From Thalia democratica (lineage: Eukaryota), in the NCBI GenBank assembly GCA_965202585.1, contig OZ241827.1, positions 22,692,001-22,756,000 of the forward strand: a stretch of DNA of 64,000 nucleotides. The letters are read 5' to 3'. The position numbers were made by a program, and so were the translations under genes. The notes beneath the pieces are model-generated. The model had not been told where the DNA came from. It searched no databases and saw only the letters and a list, made by a program, of their open reading frames with translations. The first letter of the stretch is position 1, and every line of letters begins with the position of its first letter. Below, one piece after another: positions 61,101-64,000 of this stretch.

Positions 61101-63776
61101 TTGTGTAAGCTTGTATTACTTGTGGTTCTTTTTATTTTTATGAAAACTGAATAACTTTTTCCACTAATGTGAAACTTTATTGTTTCACAATTTTTTTATA
61201 AACTCGTTGCACAAAACTGACATGTTTATTATAATTTATAATGAAATATATTTTGAATTGTGTGTTTAAGACAAATCTATATTAAGTCGTTTTTATTATA
61301 AGCACATTTGTGATTTATCATCTTGCATTGTTTATAAATTTTTCATAAAACGCAATATCAAAACAAACAAAACACCTGCTTATTTCGTTCTTTTTATCAA
61401 ACCTGCTTATCTTCCTGTTGCTAGGTGATAGAGGAGATAGAGGAACTGGGGGGCATGGCCCAAGCTGTGGTGGACGGAATCCCAAAACTCAAAATTGAGG
61501 AGTGCGCTGCCAGGAGACAAGCGAGAATCGATTCAGGTTTAAAAATATGTTTTGTTAGCATAAAAAAATTATTGTGGTGCTCTTATTTAGAAACTGTGGT
61601 TTATTATTATCTGATTGTTTTATTATAGTTTAATTTGAAAGAATTTATGTAGAGCAATGCAAATCAAAATATTTAAACAGTAAATAAAGTAAACAACAGA
61701 TCATACAAACGTACATTCACAAAAAGTTAAAATTATAAATAAAAAACAAAATTATAAGTTTTATAATAAAGATATGTATTTTTCAAAGCGAAATAAAAGG
61801 TTTTCAACTAAAATATCAGTTTAGTATTTTTAGTTTCTAGATTATAAAGATTTAAAATAATTTAATTAAAGTTTTGCTTGTTTTAACGCAGCAAAGATAG
61901 TAGGTATATATTATTTTAAATAAAATAACTGTTGTAGTTATTTCAAGTTCTCATTAATAATTATTTTCTAGATAATGAAAATGTTCTTTTAAAAAGTAAA
62001 AAGTTTGTTAATGAGATAAATGCCCATAATTAAAATTGTCATGAATTTTTTAAAAATTTGTTGATGAAGAATAACTCCTTAGTTACTTTGTTGATTTTGT
62101 CTAGTTTTAAATTATGAACGATCTATAAAGATGATAAAAGTTAATGAAATACGATACATAACTCTACAATGGACTATTCTAAAAACACAAATTAATGAAC
62201 GTAAAGGCTCACTTTTAGATAACAGTTATCAATATAACACCAGGTAATGAAGTGATAGTCGGAGTTAACAAACACAGACTGGACAAAGAAGACCTCATTG
62301 ATGTACTTTCCATTGACAACACTGCTGTGAGAGAAAGTCAGGTTTGAAAAGTTATTTCTCATTGAATTTTTAACTTGTGTAGAATTGATTTACTAAAATT
62401 AAACTTTCATAGTTTTTTTTCTATTTTCTAATACCTAAAACAGGTAATCTTAAAACCATAGTTGTCGTTTAAATTCAAACAAAATTTTACGTCTTTCTAT
62501 GTTCTTCGTTTTACTTTTTTTTTTAACTTGTATAAAGCTGTTAAAGTTTTTAACTAAGTAAAATTATAAATAGAGGCATTTCGAACTTTTTTTCAACTCT
62601 GAGTAGTTGATCATTTAATCAAATTTTTTTAATGTAGTATAATATTAAACCAATACATAAAGTTTCTACTATTAATTTATGTTTGTTACAGTCAAGTACT
62701 TTTAGTACCAACAACCGTTGAATGTCCTTGAAATAGTAATATTTATTTAGATGTTAAAACATTTTAATCTTTTAAGTTATCAAAAATTAAAAGAGACCTC
62801 TTTTGATGGAAAAATATAAATAAAGAATATTAATTCATGGAATTTGAATCGCTTCATAATTGTTTAATATACCTACATGTTACCCTTAAAAACAGTCTTT
62901 ACTTTAATTAATAGTGTTATCAATACAAAAAAATATACATTTGTTTCTTTTTTTTTTTGTTATATACTTCAATATTGATGCAGATAGCAAAATTGAAGGA
63001 AATTAAAGAAAACAGAGACTCAGAAAAGGCACAGAAATGCTTGGATAAACTTACGGAAGCTGCAAAGTTTGACTTAAAAACTTTACATAAAACAATTTCA
63101 AAGACTCTTTTTGACTTTTTTTAACTAAAACTAACCTTTTTTTTCTTAATCTTTTTTTTTGGTAAAATAATTAGTGCATAGCCACAGATAACTTTACTGT
63201 ATCATTTCTCCCTTGCAGTACAGTCTTGGAATGTTTTTGTTACTAATTGCAGGGGGCAAGGCAACCTGTTGGAAGCGTCGGTGGAGGCCGCTCAAGCGAG
63301 GTGCACGGTCGGCGAGATATCTTCGGCCATTGAGAAAGTGTTCGACAGGTACCAGGCCGTTGACAGGCTCGTGTCGGGAGCTTACAAGTTGGTTCATAAA
63401 ATTGTTCAATGTTTATCTTATCAGTATTAGGGTTTTATTTCTTACCGATTTTGTCTATTTTTGATCGTTCTATATCATGCTTGTTCATGATATTTTTCGG
63501 CTCAAAATAGGTTATACACATATTCTTGGTTTTCTCAGAACGCCCCTTTTATAAAGTATGTAAAAGTTTTTATATTTTTTACTGACATTTTTGTGCTCTT
63601 ACTTGTTTTCAAAAATAAAAACTATGCACTCCTTGAAAAAAATATCTCTTACTTTGAGTTAAACCCGAAAACAACCAAACAGAACGGAGTTCGGAGAGTC
63701 GTCGGAGATCGAGGTGGCCATGGAGCGGGTCGCCTCCTTCGTGCAAATGGACGGCAGGAACCCGAGGATTTTGGTG

Positions 63777-63811
<35 letters not shown>

Positions 63812-63875
63812 CAAGGTCATCGCCACCGGATTCGCCGATCTCGGGTTCGACGTTGATGTCGGACCACTTTTCCAG
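49112..63875 (+). CDS. MMUT: Methylmalonyl-CoA mutase, mitochondrial (partial; 3' exons lie outside the window). Exons: 49112-49343, 50876-50987, 54465-54608, 55938-56092, 57391-57484, 57874-57988, 58646-58829, 59007-59182, 60958-61050, 61425-61536, 62244-62341, 62984-63066, 63253-63387, 63683-63875
   Basis: Fourteen GT-AG exons chain in phase into 642 codons with hallmark MCM motifs: [87 protein letters not shown], and the B12-binding [14 protein letters not shown]. The N-terminus ([23 protein letters not shown]) is basic/hydroxylated with no acidic residues, like a mitochondrial transit peptide. Confidence 0.97.
49549..49916. mobile_element. MITE, CAGGGTTGCC TIR family, MMUT intron 1
   Basis: TIRs CAGGGTTGCC / AGCAACCCTG; flanks TTTAAT / TTTGAT; internal AAAACCTGGAA repeats. 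Confidence 0.8.
49992..50713. mobile_element. pogo/Tigger-like MITE, same family as 21404-22147, MMUT intron 1
   Basis: TA|CAGTCACCTCTTGCAAATCTACGCAC ... GTGCATAGATTTGCAAGAGGCGACTG|TA. Confidence 0.8.
52860..53920 (+). mobile_element. Decayed DNA-transposase remnant (hAT-like C-terminal region) with a right TIR of the CAGGGTTGCC family, MMUT intron 2
   Basis: Stop-riddled reading ...LDLGCAA...FNKECRVFV...RLE*FY...[36 protein letters not shown] resembles the ERGFS-type hAT dimerisation region. It is followed by AGTCAGGAAA subterminal repeats and GTGGCAACCCT at 53909-53919. Confidence 0.6.
56758..57149. mobile_element. MITE, CAGGGTTGCC TIR family, MMUT intron 4
   Basis: TIRs CAGGGTTGCCAAA / TTTGGCAACCCTG with a perfect 6-bp TSD TACTTA. 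Confidence 0.88.
58246..58554. mobile_element. MITE, CAGGGTTGCC TIR family, MMUT intron 6
   Basis: TIRs CAGGGTTGCCAAA / TTTGACAACCCTG with a perfect 6-bp TSD TTATAT. Confidence 0.88.
59899..60674. mobile_element. MITE, CAGGGTTGCC TIR family, MMUT intron 8
   Basis: TIRs CAGGTTTGCC / GGCAACCCTG with a perfect 6-bp TSD ATATTA; AAAACCTGGAA repeats near both ends. Confidence 0.85.
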
Positions 63876-64000
63876 GTTTTATTTCTTATTACTGTATTTT
63901 TTAATATACTTTTTCATATTTTCTCCATTAAATAATATAACTGTTACCACTAGAATTTATTGTATTTAAAACAAAAGTTTTGAGAACAGTAAAAACCGTT

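Noticed and set aside
49112-63875. GC-rich MCM exons as a bacterial mutase gene transfer
   Set aside because: It has spliceosomal introns throughout, a mitochondrial-type leader and motifs matching animal MMUT.
1-64000. tRNA, rRNA or snRNA genes
   Set aside because: No cloverleaf, A/B-box pair or conserved rRNA/snRNA motif was recognised by eye; an Infernal/tRNAscan run would be needed to exclude them.

Overview
AT-rich eukaryotic (animal-like) genomic DNA with spliceosomal introns and GC-richer coding exons; the species cannot be determined from the window. Four protein-coding loci were assembled by hand with phase-checked GT-AG junctions. (1) An orphan Lys/Ser/Thr-rich multi-exon gene on the minus strand (at least 8 exons, 2464-5099) that the ORF track misses. 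(2) A multi-Tudor (TDRD6/Drosophila Tudor-like) gene on the minus strand, about 2570 aa with about 10 extended Tudor domains, made of three small exons plus a 7.4-kb giant exon. (3) A two-exon gene joining ORFs 39041-39637 and 34599-35411 into signal peptide + LRRs + LRRCT-like Cys motif + 4-5 TM helices; its stop is preceded by an in-frame U_UUU_UUA heptamer whose -1 frame encodes a further hydrophobic segment. (4) Mitochondrial methylmalonyl-CoA mutase (MMUT), 14 exons, running off the right edge. Introns carry a CR1-like LINE remnant, a CAGGGTTGCC-TIR family with 6-bp TSDs plus a decayed transposase, pogo/Tigger-like and Kolobok-like non-autonomous elements, and a nested structure: MITE > Gypsy-like LTR remnant > captured SRSF4/5/6 mRNA fragment. 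No rRNA, tRNA or CRISPR array was recognised. All calls are by eye; no database search was run.
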